Shown: piece by piece, positions 34,224 to 45,141 of the stretch
How the letters are laid out: each line of letters begins with the position of its first letter
How positions within the stretch are numbered: position 1 is the stretch's first letter
Source: Escherichia phage Murica
Length of the DNA: 64,000 nt
Sequence record: NC_041871.1
Strand: one strand, 5' to 3'
Translations under genes and position numbers: made by a program
The notes under the pieces: generated by a model
Databases searched by the model: none
What the model was told of the DNA's origin: nothing
What the model saw: the letters and a program-made list of their open reading frames with translations, nothing else

Positions 34224-37200
34224 TTACTTCAGTTTCTCTTGCAACCCAGTAACAACCTCTGTCAATTTTTTAACCTGCTCCTCAAGGGCGGTTATTTTAT
34301 CGTCCTGTTCCCTGCAAACCTGGACAAGCAAGCCTGTTACAGCTGCGTAGTCAACGTTATAGAACCTTTCTTCTGTTATCAAAGGAGTTCCATCTTGATC
34401 AGGATTTGGGATTTCCTTCCTTTTCACGAAAGACCCTACTGCCTCTGGCAATGCTTCCATGACCTCTTGAGCAATTACCCCCGCGTGAGGCATACCATTC
34501 TCTTTTAAAGTGTAGGTATAGCCCTTCATCTTACGGATAGCTTCCAGCGCGTTAGGAATAACCTCTATATTGTCCTTCAGGTCTCTATCAGAGCTCTGGC
34601 TCACAGTGGTGCACTCTACTACACCGTTGACAGCAAAATATCTTGACTTAGCCTCGTCTGACCTAGTGCCACAGTGGAATACCCAGCTAGCAGATGCAGC
34701 GTTGTCGTTTACCTGAAACTCAAGCACGTTCTTCCTGTCTGCGTTACCCCAATAGAACATTCTACCTGTATTGGTAGGTAAGTTATCGGCGTTGCTAGAA
34801 AGACTATTAGCACCGACATGAATTTCCAGTTGATTACTGGTTTCACCAAAAGTGTAATTAGGTCTTAACTGAATGCCTTTACCAGCATCGTGTCTCCATT
34901 CTTCCCAAGTAAAGACATCGCCAACGTAGTTACCAGCACGAGTATATCTGTCACCAAAATAGGTGATATATTCCTGCACACAACCTTGAGGTCTGTTAGC
35001 TGTGTTTTTGTAAACAAGCAGTGTACCAGCGTACGGAGCAGGGTAGTGGCGATCTATTACAAGTGCGTCAGCGTTTGAACCTTGGTGATAGAAACCTTCA
35101 CGGCTACCATCGTAGGCATTAAGGTCTTCTGTCCCCAGACCTTGACCACGGTGCTGAATAACTTTGTTCCACGCCCTGTGGTTACCACCCTCAATAGATC
35201 TGGTGTATAACTGATCAAGGCGACCAGCCATTTGGAAAGCATAGTTTCCAGAAAACGCCACAGACAGTCCACCAACAACCATCGAACCTTCCGGTCCGTT
35301 GACATTGCCAGCCATTATCTTGGAGGGGTTTGTATTACCAAACTGATTGTTCCAGTCAGCACCTGTCTGGCAAACATAGCCTCCAGGAGGGAAAAATGTG
35401 CCGTCTTTGTTGAAATTGTAGAACTTATGAGCTGTACCTACAACATCGCGAACGATAACTTGACCAGCTTCCGGAGTAGATCTGAACTCTGCCTGGCCTT
35501 GCAGTCTTGCACCATTACCACATTTAGAGGTAAAGGTGTTGTTGATCAGATCCTCTGTTCCTTCCGATGCAGCTTGGAACCCTGCGTTAGAGAACAGTGC
35601 TTTTCTAGTGGTCTGACTACCAGGACAAATGTAGTCAATACCGTCTGCCCAAAGCTCGACTTTAGGCATGTTCATTTTGCTCATCACTGCATAGCGTTCA
35701 GGAGTCCCCAGGTAGTGCCACATAGTTCCACCACCAGTGTAGAAACCTGATGTTCCTTTGAACTCAACCAGAGGTCTGGTGTTTGTTACATCATCACCTT
35801 TGATTGCAAGACTCAAATCTGCAGATTCCAGAGGAGCACAGAACTTGACACCATCTTGGTTACCTGTCACGTTGCCTACCTGCCAATCAGCCTCCCTGGT
35901 TGACACTTCTATTACAGTAGCGCCAGCATATACCGTAACAGGGAATGCACGTGCCTCTACATAGAATGCAACATACTCCTGCTTACCTCTGGTTGGAGAT
36001 ACACATCCGAGGATTGCTCTCTCGTTTTGGTAGAAATTAATAACCCCTTGGAAAGAATCACCTCTGTCTGTCCAGCCACCAGTTCTGTAGTGACACTGTA
36101 GTGTAGCACAGTTCATTGGGTCGCCGCCAGAAGAAGATCTGGTGACAATGGTTAAATCTGTCCCGATAGTTGCTGCAAAGTTGGGGTCAGTTCTGACGAT
36201 AATAGGATAATACTTACCGTCCTGCATAGCTGCAGTTCTAGGCAGGTTTACATATGGTCTAGCACCTGCTGCCAGAGGGATTCTGAATTGTGCTTGAGCA
36301 TCCCCTACAGTCCTGGCACTGGTACCACCACAAGCTATCGGTAGTGGTTCCCATTTGGCTTTCCGGTTGTTATAAACACCCCACTCAAGCGTTCCTTCAC
36401 CTTGCTCGTCCATACCGCCATCCCAAATGACCATCTTGGCGGCTTTCTTAGATCCCCAGAAACCTCTTTCTGCTCCTGAACTGCGGATCCATTCTCCAAG
36501 TCCCCAGTTTGTCAGCTGACCAGTAAGATCCCCAACCTGCATATATTTAGGGCAGTCTAATACGCCGTCTTCGCGGAAACCTAAATATTTATGAGTTTCA
36601 GATCCTTTTGCACCTTTGTGCAGGTGGATTGTCAGCCAAGCCTTATTGTCGTTTCTTACCTCAGAGTAGATCCTATATCCATGCTCAAGAACACCATCGG
36701 TGTTATATTTATCTCCATGGAGAATACCTGAGGCCGATTTAACATCTCCAGAGTATTGAGCTAAGTAAAGGTGCCCAAAGGCTGGCGAGTTGTTTTTACC
36801 AAGGCCAATATGAGATCTGAAGGTATCATCGTTACGAGGTCTGACCATCGGCTGCCATGCAGTCCACTGATTTGTGTTGGCCTGATAGGTTCTCAAATAC
36901 CAAACATCTACGTTAGAGAATGGATAGTATTCCTGACGACAACCTGTACCTCCGTTAGCATTGTTCTGCCAAACAATCAAGTGACCAGCACCAGAACCTG
37001 CAGGGTAACCATTTGCCTCGGTTGCATAAGCAGTCATCGGCTGGTAGTATACACCATCCTGATTACCAGTCAAGTTATTGATATTGAAATTTGACTCAAG
37101 AGCTGCACGTTGCTTATAGAAAGCCCCTAAGTTAATGCGTGCACCTGCGGCATCTCTGGCCCCCGTACCGCCTTGCTCTATAGCAAGAGGCTGCCACGAG

Positions 37201-38036
37201 GCTGTTTGTTGGTTCCACATGCCCCAACGGCCTGTTGCGTCAAGCTGCAAGTACCCTGCCGTGTTTAAATCATCTCCAGCACGGATAACTGTTCTTGTTG
37301 GGTTGTTTGCCTCCAGGCGTTTAAATTCATCACGAAGTGCTATTCTTTTTGTTGTTGCTACACCGTTGGTTACTGCGATGGTATACATGGCTCCGGATGT
37401 AGCGCCACGGAAAATACCATCAACAGTTGTAGTATCACGACGAGATACCACACCGTTCAGAAATTTTTCACCAGCTGCTACAGAAGGGTAGTTGGTGGTT
37501 CTTCCCTCTTCAATAACTGCAGGACCCACAAAGTTATCAAGGTGAATAACATCACCTACAGTGTGCACCGTACCAAAATCTACACGCTGTGCAAGTGCTT
37601 TAGCATCGTTAGCTGTCTGAACAGTAACATCCATTACATCCTGGACAGACTGCCCTTCGGCTGTCATGATCATAGATGCGCCAATGGTAGATTCCAGCTC
37701 CTCCCTTAGGGACGGGTCAGTATATACCATCCATGCAGCGTCAGTAATCCCACCATCGGAGTACGGTGAAGATAGTGCAGGAACAGTGTGTGGAAATTCG
37801 CCTTTCCAACGCAGGTAGAGATCTTCCTCTTCGAAATAGGCAAAATCCATTGGGCCGTTTAACTTACCACCTTCCTTAAAGGAGATTACATGAGAAACAG
37901 TCCCATCCACATGGACAACATCGCCAATTTTTACACGACGGGTCAGGTCTGGTTGTTGAACAACCAGGTAATCATCCTCTGTCACTGCGGTAGTGGCAGG
38001 AAGAGATTCAATTCTGACAACTTTAATATCAGCCAT
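34224..38036 (-). CDS. tail fiber/tailspike protein (1270 aa) with C-terminal intramolecular chaperone (S74-like) domain
   Basis: C-terminal SDRDLKDNIEVIPNALEAIRKMKGYTYTLK followed by a coiled-coil, typical of the self-cleaving chaperone domain. N-terminal 100 aa homologous to the N-terminus of 40671-41339. Confidence 0.6.
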   Translation of the reverse strand: MADIKVVRIESLPATTAVTEDDYLVVQQPDLTRRVKIGDVVHVDGTVSHVISFKEGGKLNGPMDFAYFEEEDLYLRWKGEFPHTVPALSSPYSDGGITDAAWMVYTDPSLREELESTIGASMIMTAEGQSVQDVMDVTVQTANDAKALAQRVDFGTVHTVGDVIHLDNFVGPAVIEEGRTTNYPSVAAGEKFLNGVVSRRDTTTVDGIFRGATSGAMYTIAVTNGVATTKRIALRDEFKRLEANNPTRTVIRAGDDLNTAGYLQLDATGRWGMWNQQTASWQPLAIEQGGTGARDAAGARINLGAFYKQRAALESNFNINNLTGNQDGVYYQPMTAYATEANGYPAGSGAGHLIVWQNNANGGTGCRQEYYPFSNVDVWYLRTYQANTNQWTAWQPMVRPRNDDTFRSHIGLGKNNSPAFGHLYLAQYSGDVKSASGILHGDKYNTDGVLEHGYRIYSEVRNDNKAWLTIHLHKGAKGSETHKYLGFREDGVLDCPKYMQVGDLTGQLTNWGLGEWIRSSGAERGFWGSKKAAKMVIWDGGMDEQGEGTLEWGVYNNRKAKWEPLPIACGGTSARTVGDAQAQFRIPLAAGARPYVNLPRTAAMQDGKYYPIIVRTDPNFAATIGTDLTIVTRSSSGGDPMNCATLQCHYRTGGWTDRGDSFQGVINFYQNERAILGCVSPTRGKQEYVAFYVEARAFPVTVYAGATVIEVSTREADWQVGNVTGNQDGVKFCAPLESADLSLAIKGDDVTNTRPLVEFKGTSGFYTGGGTMWHYLGTPERYAVMSKMNMPKVELWADGIDYICPGSQTTRKALFSNAGFQAASEGTEDLINNTFTSKCGNGARLQGQAEFRSTPEAGQVIVRDVVGTAHKFYNFNKDGTFFPPGGYVCQTGADWNNQFGNTNPSKIMAGNVNGPEGSMVVGGLSVAFSGNYAFQMAGRLDQLYTRSIEGGNHRAWNKVIQHRGQGLGTEDLNAYDGSREGFYHQGSNADALVIDRHYPAPYAGTLLVYKNTANRPQGCVQEYITYFGDRYTRAGNYVGDVFTWEEWRHDAGKGIQLRPNYTFGETSNQLEIHVGANSLSSNADNLPTNTGRMFYWGNADRKNVLEFQVNDNAASASWVFHCGTRSDEAKSRYFAVNGVVECTTVSQSSDRDLKDNIEVIPNALEAIRKMKGYTYTLKENGMPHAGVIAQEVMEALPEAVGSFVKRKEIPNPDQDGTPLITEERFYNVDYAAVTGLLVQVCREQDDKITALEEQVKKLTEVVTGLQEKLK

Positions 38037-38071
38037 TCTTTCTCCTGAAAGGGGGCAAACAGCCCCCTATG

Positions 38072-40669
38072 TTAAAGGTACAATCCACGGTATTGAGCAT
38101 AAAGGCCCAGACCGCGAAGGATTTCGCCAGAGTGATAGCCCACCGGATCAGAAACTGCCCAGCAGCCGTTTAAAACATTATCCCCATTGATGAAGTGGTG
38201 CTTTTGCAGTAGCTTCATACAGGCTTCTACAACAATGTCTATTTGAGGTATTGTCTCTGAATACCCGCACAGACCTAGCCAGCAGCAACCTGCAAGCCAT
38301 TCACCTACCACCCACATCCTGTCCCCTCTGTCTTGATAAGAATATCCCCCAGAGGTGTTAAAGTCTGTAGGCAGATTTCCTGAATGAGATGACTGGAATC
38401 TGTTGAGGAACCATGCCCATTTCTGGCAGAACAGGAATAATCTTTCATCAACAGGTTCTTTATGTTTCTTGAGCTCATAGATTGTGCGGCACGCAGCAAC
38501 AAAAGATCTTGACTGGAGCTTAGAGTTATCTACCATCTCCCACCAACCAGTCAGCCCTTCATTACCTCTCTGCCATACATAACGCGAGGCAACTGGACCC
38601 TCTGTCTTAAATGTATTATTATACCAGACTTGAGCGTCATACAGAAAGCCTATTGTATTTGACAATCTATGGCGATCTATGTTTTCTGCACCCATGCAGT
38701 ATACTGCTGGGTATTGCATGCCAGGGTAGGGCCAATTTGGCTTTTCCTCTAAGAGATAGTTTTCCTTATCTATCACCTTTCCGGCAGGGAACACACCTGG
38801 TGTGTGCCTGTATGCACCTTGCTTGTAGTTTCTGACATAGCAATCACCAACCTTAGCGGTTGATTCTGTCTTGCTTGCCATCCATACGCTAAACCATATT
38901 AGATAAGCATCCCTATCTGCAATATAGAACTGCGGCAGCGTGTTTACGCAGTACAGATCAAACAAGCCATTACCTATCTGCCTGTCGCTTAGGCTGAAAT
39001 CTACAGAGGTGAGCCCCTTAGGATTAGCAAAGAAAGGTTTAATCTCTTCTTCGGTGTGATGAGGTTGTGTCGGATCTAGTTTGAAATCTCCTAGAGTAAG
39101 AGTTTCTGTTATCCATTGTCCATTAGTGGCATATAGATCAGCATACCATAACCACCTATCTTTGTCAAGAAATTTGACCCTTACCATCTCATCATCTGAT
39201 CGATAAGTTACTGAGTTTAAAGAAATCTCTCTACCAAAATTGAAAGTTACTTTACCTCTTGCTATATTACAACGGGTGAAGTTGTCAGAGTGGTTGTAAA
39301 TGTCGGTATCATACTGCATACTAACACTAGCGCCACCGCTTACGACAATGTTTTCCTCTTTAGGTAAGAGATACGGATTACCGTCTTTACCAACTACCTC
39401 TACGAAATCAGTAACCTTGGCAACTATTTCTGTTACCTCTGCCCCTCCAAAAGGAACCCCTATCCTGTACTGTTTTTTGTTATTGTTGCCATCATTAAGG
39501 ATGAAATGTGGCTGGAACAGAACCCCTTCTCCTCCGAAATTCATAACAATTTCAGCATCTCTGCCTATTTTGTATGTAGTCCCTTTTTGAATTATTTCGC
39601 AAGGCTGGCGTGCGTTCATTCTAAAATTGATATACCCGTCACTGTCCCTGCTCATGGCAGGAACTGTTCCTGCAACAAGGCAAGTACCATCTGTAAACGG
39701 TGCCTTAATCAACGTGGTCTTCCTAAACAGTTTGTCGTAGGCGTTTATATCACTGAAATTAAGCAATTTGTTGTAAGACTGTTTAAACGCGGTGTAATAC
39801 TTTTCCTCACCTGTCAAGGTGTAGAGTTGATAACAAGCGTCACACCACATTTCTTCCCCGTCCAACTCTGGGGCCTGATTATCTGCAACCACGTTTATAG
39901 GATTTACAATTACAGGGGATCCTGCAGGTATCACCGATCCGCCCTGCTCTTGAGGTAATCTTACACAATAGGTCACCTTGTGGCTGCCTGTAACACCCTT
40001 ATCTTGTAATTGGATTGTGCCGAACTCTACAGACGTATGACCACTGTCGGCTATGCTACCGTTAGCCCAATAGCGGTTACCATCCCATGCTATGTACCAC
40101 TCAACCCACCAACTTAATCCGGATGTTGTCCAATCTGGGTTAGCATCTGTGCCACCGTAAACATCAGAGTCTACAGTGTTTCTTCCTAACACACCGTTAT
40201 ACGCTTGGAATGCCTTGTCAAGGTATTCCCCCCATGTCGGAGATCCAGCTGGGATTTTTCCTCTACCGTTGGTAAAAGACACCACCACATCTTTAAACCC
40301 ACCATGTGATGGAACCCCATCTGTGGATAGAGGGTAGTGGGACAATCTTTGCATTTTACTTTCTACTGCATATGTACCCAGAAGATGGCTATTGTAAGCT
40401 TCCCAAGCATCTTTTGCCCTATCCAGATAGAAATCGCTTTTCGATGCCCTGTATGCTTCAATGTATCCCAGAATCAACACAGCTTGGGACTCATGCATTG
40501 CCCAATCATTATTTATCTTATTACCTGCCCACCCTGCAGCTATAAGACCATCAGGGTTTACTAGCTTATTTTGTGTAGAGGTGTTGGTAATACCTGTGTT
40601 GTTATCGAGGCACTTCCTGTGCCCCTCAATCATCTGAAATACGTTATCAATGTTATGTTGAATACGCAT
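38072..40669 (-). CDS. large tail-associated protein, 865 aa (possible enzymatic tailspike)
   Basis: Coupled to the anchor-domain protein upstream; Trp/Tyr-rich composition suggestive of a carbohydrate-active fold. Confidence 0.35.
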   Translation of the reverse strand: MRIQHNIDNVFQMIEGHRKCLDNNTGITNTSTQNKLVNPDGLIAAGWAGNKINNDWAMHESQAVLILGYIEAYRASKSDFYLDRAKDAWEAYNSHLLGTYAVESKMQRLSHYPLSTDGVPSHGGFKDVVVSFTNGRGKIPAGSPTWGEYLDKAFQAYNGVLGRNTVDSDVYGGTDANPDWTTSGLSWWVEWYIAWDGNRYWANGSIADSGHTSVEFGTIQLQDKGVTGSHKVTYCVRLPQEQGGSVIPAGSPVIVNPINVVADNQAPELDGEEMWCDACYQLYTLTGEEKYYTAFKQSYNKLLNFSDINAYDKLFRKTTLIKAPFTDGTCLVAGTVPAMSRDSDGYINFRMNARQPCEIIQKGTTYKIGRDAEIVMNFGGEGVLFQPHFILNDGNNNKKQYRIGVPFGGAEVTEIVAKVTDFVEVVGKDGNPYLLPKEENIVVSGGASVSMQYDTDIYNHSDNFTRCNIARGKVTFNFGREISLNSVTYRSDDEMVRVKFLDKDRWLWYADLYATNGQWITETLTLGDFKLDPTQPHHTEEEIKPFFANPKGLTSVDFSLSDRQIGNGLFDLYCVNTLPQFYIADRDAYLIWFSVWMASKTESTAKVGDCYVRNYKQGAYRHTPGVFPAGKVIDKENYLLEEKPNWPYPGMQYPAVYCMGAENIDRHRLSNTIGFLYDAQVWYNNTFKTEGPVASRYVWQRGNEGLTGWWEMVDNSKLQSRSFVAACRTIYELKKHKEPVDERLFLFCQKWAWFLNRFQSSHSGNLPTDFNTSGGYSYQDRGDRMWVVGEWLAGCCWLGLCGYSETIPQIDIVVEACMKLLQKHHFINGDNVLNGCWAVSDPVGYHSGEILRGLGLYAQYRGLYL

Positions 40670-40670
40670 C

Positions 40671-41339
40671 TTAGATAGCTCCTGCGATAATCAGTGCCCC
40701 GTACCAAGTTAACCCGTTGTCGTAGGTTTCCAACTTGAAAATATCTGTTGCACCAGCTGTAAATGTTAGGATAGGATCTCTTCCGTAGGACCATTTAACA
40801 TTACCAGGCCAATAGACTTTGTTGCCGCCAGAGGTCTGAGTAATGCATACGGTTATAGTTCTCGCCACCCCTTCAAGACCTTCTGTTTGATTTTCAAAAG
40901 AGATTGTGGTATTTGAAGTTAGTCGAACCTTAAAGGTATCCGCAACTTCAAGATCCATATCAAGCTGACCACCGATAGATCCGTAATCAACTATTCTGCC
41001 AGAAGAAGTTGCAGCAAGCTCACCAAAAACAGACCAGGCATTTGCAGACACGCCCCCAGCACCCTCTACGGTGGAGTCTGGGAGGATTATTTTAGGATAA
41101 TCCCCGTTCCACGTGTAGTAGCGCTTAGTCTCTGGGTCATAAGCAAAGTCCTTCTTGCTCTTAAGATAACCACCCTCTGTGAAATAGACTATCTTAGTAA
41201 TACTAAGATCGTTGACAACATCGTCAATCTTAGCCTTTCTTGTCCCATCAGTCTGGTTGACAACCAAGAAGTCATCACTCAGGACTGTTTCTGCATCTTC
41301 AAGATCTGGAATTGGTATTGTAGGATAAGCTACAGCCAT
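40671..41339 (-). CDS. tail fiber N-terminal anchor-domain protein, 222 aa
   Basis: Shares DDFLVVNQTDGTRKAKIDDVV…EGG.L…DFAY with the N-terminus of 34224-38036. Confidence 0.45.
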   Translation of the reverse strand: MAVAYPTIPIPDLEDAETVLSDDFLVVNQTDGTRKAKIDDVVNDLSITKIVYFTEGGYLKSKKDFAYDPETKRYYTWNGDYPKIILPDSTVEGAGGVSANAWSVFGELAATSSGRIVDYGSIGGQLDMDLEVADTFKVRLTSNTTISFENQTEGLEGVARTITVCITQTSGGNKVYWPGNVKWSYGRDPILTFTAGATDIFKLETYDNGLTWYGALIIAGAI

Positions 41340-41348
41340 GATTTCTCC

Positions 41349-42065
41349 TTAGTTAACATCAATAGCACGACCAGACTGGTTGGCAATAGCCTCATCATTG
41401 GAGGTAGCAATAACACCAGAGTATTCGCGCTCATCTGGAGCAAGCGTCCAGGTATTGCGGTTAATGGTTTGTTCTGCCTCAGTCATCAGCAGATCTTTAT
41501 CCTGAGTCAACAGAGAGCCTACAGGGATCGGGTTTTCCATCTCAGGGCCAGCATACTGGTTCCACCATGTGGCATCTCCTGTTCTAGGCAATCTGAAGTT
41601 GATCAGATAGTACAGTTTATTAGCCCACTTAATCCAACCCTCATCATCACAGAGAGAGGTTGTCCCAGAATCAGGCTGTGGGTAGGTGAACTGATCAAGA
41701 CCTACGAAAGCCAGCCTTACAATCTCGTTCTCTTTGGTAACAACCTCGAAGAACGCTTGGTATGTTCTCGATCTTCGGTCCATGGTAGACTGGAAGTTTA
41801 TGATGTTTAGCACATCCGGCTCTTGTCTTGCCACTTCCATGATCTTGTTATCAAGAACAGTCTTCATGACCTTCTTGCTGAGAAAGTCCATATAAGGGAA
41901 GCCAAACAGCTCGTCAAAGTACCAGCTCCCCTTCCACGTATTAAACCTCATCCACAAGCGCTGGCGCAGACTTACCTGGTTTGAATCTATCAACTCAAGA
42001 CCTTTGTCTATCGCCAAATCGCCTGTCTGCGGGTCCATCAATATATCACTATAAAGCGTAGCCAT
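41349..42065 (-). CDS. putative baseplate protein, 238 aa
   Basis: Position directly after the spike gene. Confidence 0.3.
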   Translation of the reverse strand: MATLYSDILMDPQTGDLAIDKGLELIDSNQVSLRQRLWMRFNTWKGSWYFDELFGFPYMDFLSKKVMKTVLDNKIMEVARQEPDVLNIINFQSTMDRRSRTYQAFFEVVTKENEIVRLAFVGLDQFTYPQPDSGTTSLCDDEGWIKWANKLYYLINFRLPRTGDATWWNQYAGPEMENPIPVGSLLTQDKDLLMTEAEQTINRNTWTLAPDEREYSGVIATSNDEAIANQSGRAIDVN

Positions 42066-42077
42066 GAAAGCCCTCTA

Positions 42078-42755
42078 TTAGTGCGGTCCACTTGTCTCGC
42101 CATCAGGGCAAGAGTGGGTATGACCTTTATATTCTGCATAGAATGAATCCAAATCCACGCCAGCAGCAGTTATAATTCTACCAGATGGGTCTATTGTAGC
42201 ACCATTCATTCTGATATTCCCATCCACAGCAGCTCGCAAATTGGCAGCCCCGTTAGTGAAAGAAAACTCCCCGCTGCTGTCGCACCGTAATGTCCCACCA
42301 GGTGTTTGAAGCTCAAAATCGCCAGAAGGTGTCAGTTTAAAATAAACCCTATCATTCCATAACTCTACGTTATCAGGATCGATCTGTAAGGCGTTTGAGT
42401 CTGAATGAACAGAGGTGATTGCCCACCCTGGAAACAGGCCGTGAGTTTGTTGATCGTCGTTATTGTTTTCATTTCTCTCTGAAAACTGCAATCCTACAAC
42501 ATCTCCAGCCTTAATAGGGAGTGTTAACCTTGCCTTTCCGCTGTTTGCAGACATCACCTGAATTGGAACGTCATAGATAAGAGGGTATCTCTCCACATCT
42601 CCGTCATCAAACGTAGTTTCAGCTATTGGCTGCACGGCTGCAGAAGGTATACTGTAGTCTACACTGACAACTCTGGCCCTGATACTGGTGTGGTAGTCCC
42701 TCATTATTTTTTCTATAAAAGATCTTACAGCAGCATCTTTCCTATTTATTGCCAT
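42078..42755 (-). CDS. baseplate central spike (gpV/gp5-like)
   Basis: C-terminal apex motif YKGHTHSCPDGETSGP (HxH); size and position. Confidence 0.55.
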   Translation of the reverse strand: MAINRKDAAVRSFIEKIMRDYHTSIRARVVSVDYSIPSAAVQPIAETTFDDGDVERYPLIYDVPIQVMSANSGKARLTLPIKAGDVVGLQFSERNENNNDDQQTHGLFPGWAITSVHSDSNALQIDPDNVELWNDRVYFKLTPSGDFELQTPGGTLRCDSSGEFSFTNGAANLRAAVDGNIRMNGATIDPSGRIITAAGVDLDSFYAEYKGHTHSCPDGETSGPH

Positions 42756-43759
42756 TATACCTCCTCAGTTTTGTCAACAACTCCACCCACTGTTTCCCCA
42801 AGGCCAAGCTCTGTAGTGTAATCACCACCTTCTATGGTGCCCTTATGATGCACCGTGATCACCTTATAGAAGCCTGTATATTGCTTGCTTTTAAGATAAA
42901 TAGTGGACTCTGGGAGGATAGCTCCGTTAAGGCATGTGGTTACAGTAAGGCCAACATCCTCTCTCGGGTTTTTCTTTTTCTTTTTAGATGTCGAACCACC
43001 TTTGGCAGCAGCTTTAGCTTTTCGTTTTTTAGCAGGTTCTGGGTTTTTAGGGGTAGGAGATCCGTGCATCCCAGACTCTGCACTTATTTCAAACACAGAG
43101 TCTTTGAACCTTTTTCCAACCTTGGTCCAATACAAAGCCCCATCCTGAACGCTAAATGTTGAGTTGGTCAGCCTTGCAAACCTGCGGAGGTTCTCTGCAG
43201 TGTTTCCAGAGAAAGCCATAGAGTATTGCAAAGTCTGGTTTCCAAAACCAACAACCCTACCTTTTGGCAAGTTCATATCCTTCAGTAGGTCATTAAGCAC
43301 AGAGTTCAGAGGTGTACCTTTCTGATAAGATCTTGTGCTTTGGCACTTAATGATGTTCTCAGTGCCATCCCCAAAGATGAACTTAGTTTTTCTGGTCGGA
43401 CCTTCCCACCTGTCTTCAACAAACTCCACAGTTCCGGAGAATATCAACTGGTTCTCATTATCATAGCCAGCTTCAAACATAACTGCAAGGGCATCAGCCT
43501 GATGCATATCCAGATAGTTAACTGTATCGTCAGACAGGTTGTAAACTGTCACATAACCTTTGTTTGGCTCTTTGGTATTGTCCTTTTGTATGTCAAACTC
43601 TATATTGGCAGCACCAGTGTCCGAGCTAACTTCATAAACTCCGGAATCACTCTCCCCTTTCTTTTCAACAGATTTTGGGATATTGGTTTTTGATTTACCG
43701 CCATGTTCTACAGGACGACCAAACAATAATCGCCATGTTCTACGTCTGTACTCTGCCAT
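42755..43759 (-). CDS. putative baseplate hub/tail protein, 334 aa, with Lys-rich segment
   Basis: Position before the spike; KKRKAKAAAKGGSTSKKKKK patch. Confidence 0.3.
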   Translation of the reverse strand: MAEYRRRTWRLLFGRPVEHGGKSKTNIPKSVEKKGESDSGVYEVSSDTGAANIEFDIQKDNTKEPNKGYVTVYNLSDDTVNYLDMHQADALAVMFEAGYDNENQLIFSGTVEFVEDRWEGPTRKTKFIFGDGTENIIKCQSTRSYQKGTPLNSVLNDLLKDMNLPKGRVVGFGNQTLQYSMAFSGNTAENLRRFARLTNSTFSVQDGALYWTKVGKRFKDSVFEISAESGMHGSPTPKNPEPAKKRKAKAAAKGGSTSKKKKKNPREDVGLTVTTCLNGAILPESTIYLKSKQYTGFYKVITVHHKGTIEGGDYTTELGLGETVGGVVDKTEEV

Positions 43760-44139
43760 TATTCTAACCCTTGCTGTTCCTTGTAAAGATCAACCGGGGT
43801 GCCGTATACAAGTTGTAGCTCAGATCTCGCCCCAAGGTTATATCTTCCAACTCTACCCCAATATTGATCGTCTTTAAACGACAGCACCATCAGTCTTCCT
43901 TTCGGTAAATCATCTCTGTAATGCAGTCCGTCTAAAATATCTTGACAAGCTGTTACTTTTCTGGTTACTAAAGGGCTATCACCTACTGGACCAAGAGATA
44001 ACCACCAGGACTCATCCCTCTCATTCCATTGCATACGCATTTCATACGTTTCATTGTCTAAAACAACACGCATGGTTTGGTCAGGAAAGCCGTCAATGTC
44101 CCACACAAAGGTGATTATGCACCAATCTTTAAGCTCCAT
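43759..44139 (-). CDS. putative tail protein, 126 aa
   Basis: Coupled ORF in the tail module. Confidence 0.3.
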   Translation of the reverse strand: MELKDWCIITFVWDIDGFPDQTMRVVLDNETYEMRMQWNERDESWWLSLGPVGDSPLVTRKVTACQDILDGLHYRDDLPKGRLMVLSFKDDQYWGRVGRYNLGARSELQLVYGTPVDLYKEQQGLE

Positions 44140-44151
44140 TATACGCTCCCC

Positions 44152-45063
44152 TTATTTCCCGTTAACTTTGTTGTAGTTTCCCTGCTCAGATGGGACTATG
44201 GTAGAAGGTCTTCCATATTCCTGATAATACCAATCCGCAGCCGATTGGGTAACACCGTTTTCATCTGTCCACATCATAGATTTGTATGGCTGCCACTCCT
44301 CTGCAGCGTTTGTGGATGCAGTGTCTGCGAATGCTCCTGTGTCCCTCTTGTTACCTACGTTACTACCATTCTTACAGTCGTTGACAGCGCCTTTTTGTTG
44401 GGTCTTGCCTACTTTCTTAGGATTGCTGTATACAGTTGCATTAACAACCTTATTCAAGTAGAATGTGCGGAACTCTGTAAGTTCTACATCAAACACCATT
44501 GCAGCGCCTTCACCAACAGACTTGTTGGCAGAAAGACTGGTTATGATGTAGTTCTCAAGAAGTCTCTCCTCGGTAACCAAAGAAACCAACTGTCGCTTAT
44601 TGATAATCTCAGTCAAAGCCTCCAATGCAGCGCCTGGTCGCATAGATGCTGCAGGGTTTTTAGAGTCAGTATTCCTATCAATGTAGTTTTGCTCATAGAT
44701 TATGTGTGGGGATGTATTTACCCTACCAGTAAAAGAAAATACACCATCTTTAATTACGGCGTGGTCTGACAGGGTAGATTTATCTTCCACCGCAAACCCA
44801 GTCTTATCAACAGAATGTTTGAAAGAGTAATTCTCAACCTGATCGAAGATAATGGCAAGATCGTTAGTAAAGTTTTTACCCTTCATCTCCGTATTGCGAC
44901 CGCCATAGTTAAGACCGCTGACAAACATAGTGTACTTTACATCGCTTTCAGTTTGCTGCTCTGCCTTTTCAGCCTTTGGAGATTTAACCTCTTGAGGCTT
45001 GTACAGGTCTTTTTCATCAACTATATTGCTTGGCATAACCTCTCCAGGACACTCCGATACCAT
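44152..45063 (-). CDS. putative tail protein, 303 aa
   Basis: First gene after the tape-measure terminator. Confidence 0.35.
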   Translation of the reverse strand: MVSECPGEVMPSNIVDEKDLYKPQEVKSPKAEKAEQQTESDVKYTMFVSGLNYGGRNTEMKGKNFTNDLAIIFDQVENYSFKHSVDKTGFAVEDKSTLSDHAVIKDGVFSFTGRVNTSPHIIYEQNYIDRNTDSKNPAASMRPGAALEALTEIINKRQLVSLVTEERLLENYIITSLSANKSVGEGAAMVFDVELTEFRTFYLNKVVNATVYSNPKKVGKTQQKGAVNDCKNGSNVGNKRDTGAFADTASTNAAEEWQPYKSMMWTDENGVTQSAADWYYQEYGRPSTIVPSEQGNYNKVNGK

Positions 45064-45113
45064 CTAGATATTGTATCATAAAATAGCCGTTTTTACAACA
45101 CCGATAAAATAAA

Positions 45114-45129
45114 GGGGGCCGGAGCCCCC
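45114..45129 (-). terminator. rho-independent terminator GGGGGC-CGGA-GCCCCC
   Basis: Perfect 6-bp GC stem, followed on the minus strand by TTTATTTTATC; just after the tape-measure stop. Confidence 0.55.
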
Positions 45130-45141
45130 CTGCACAGTTTA

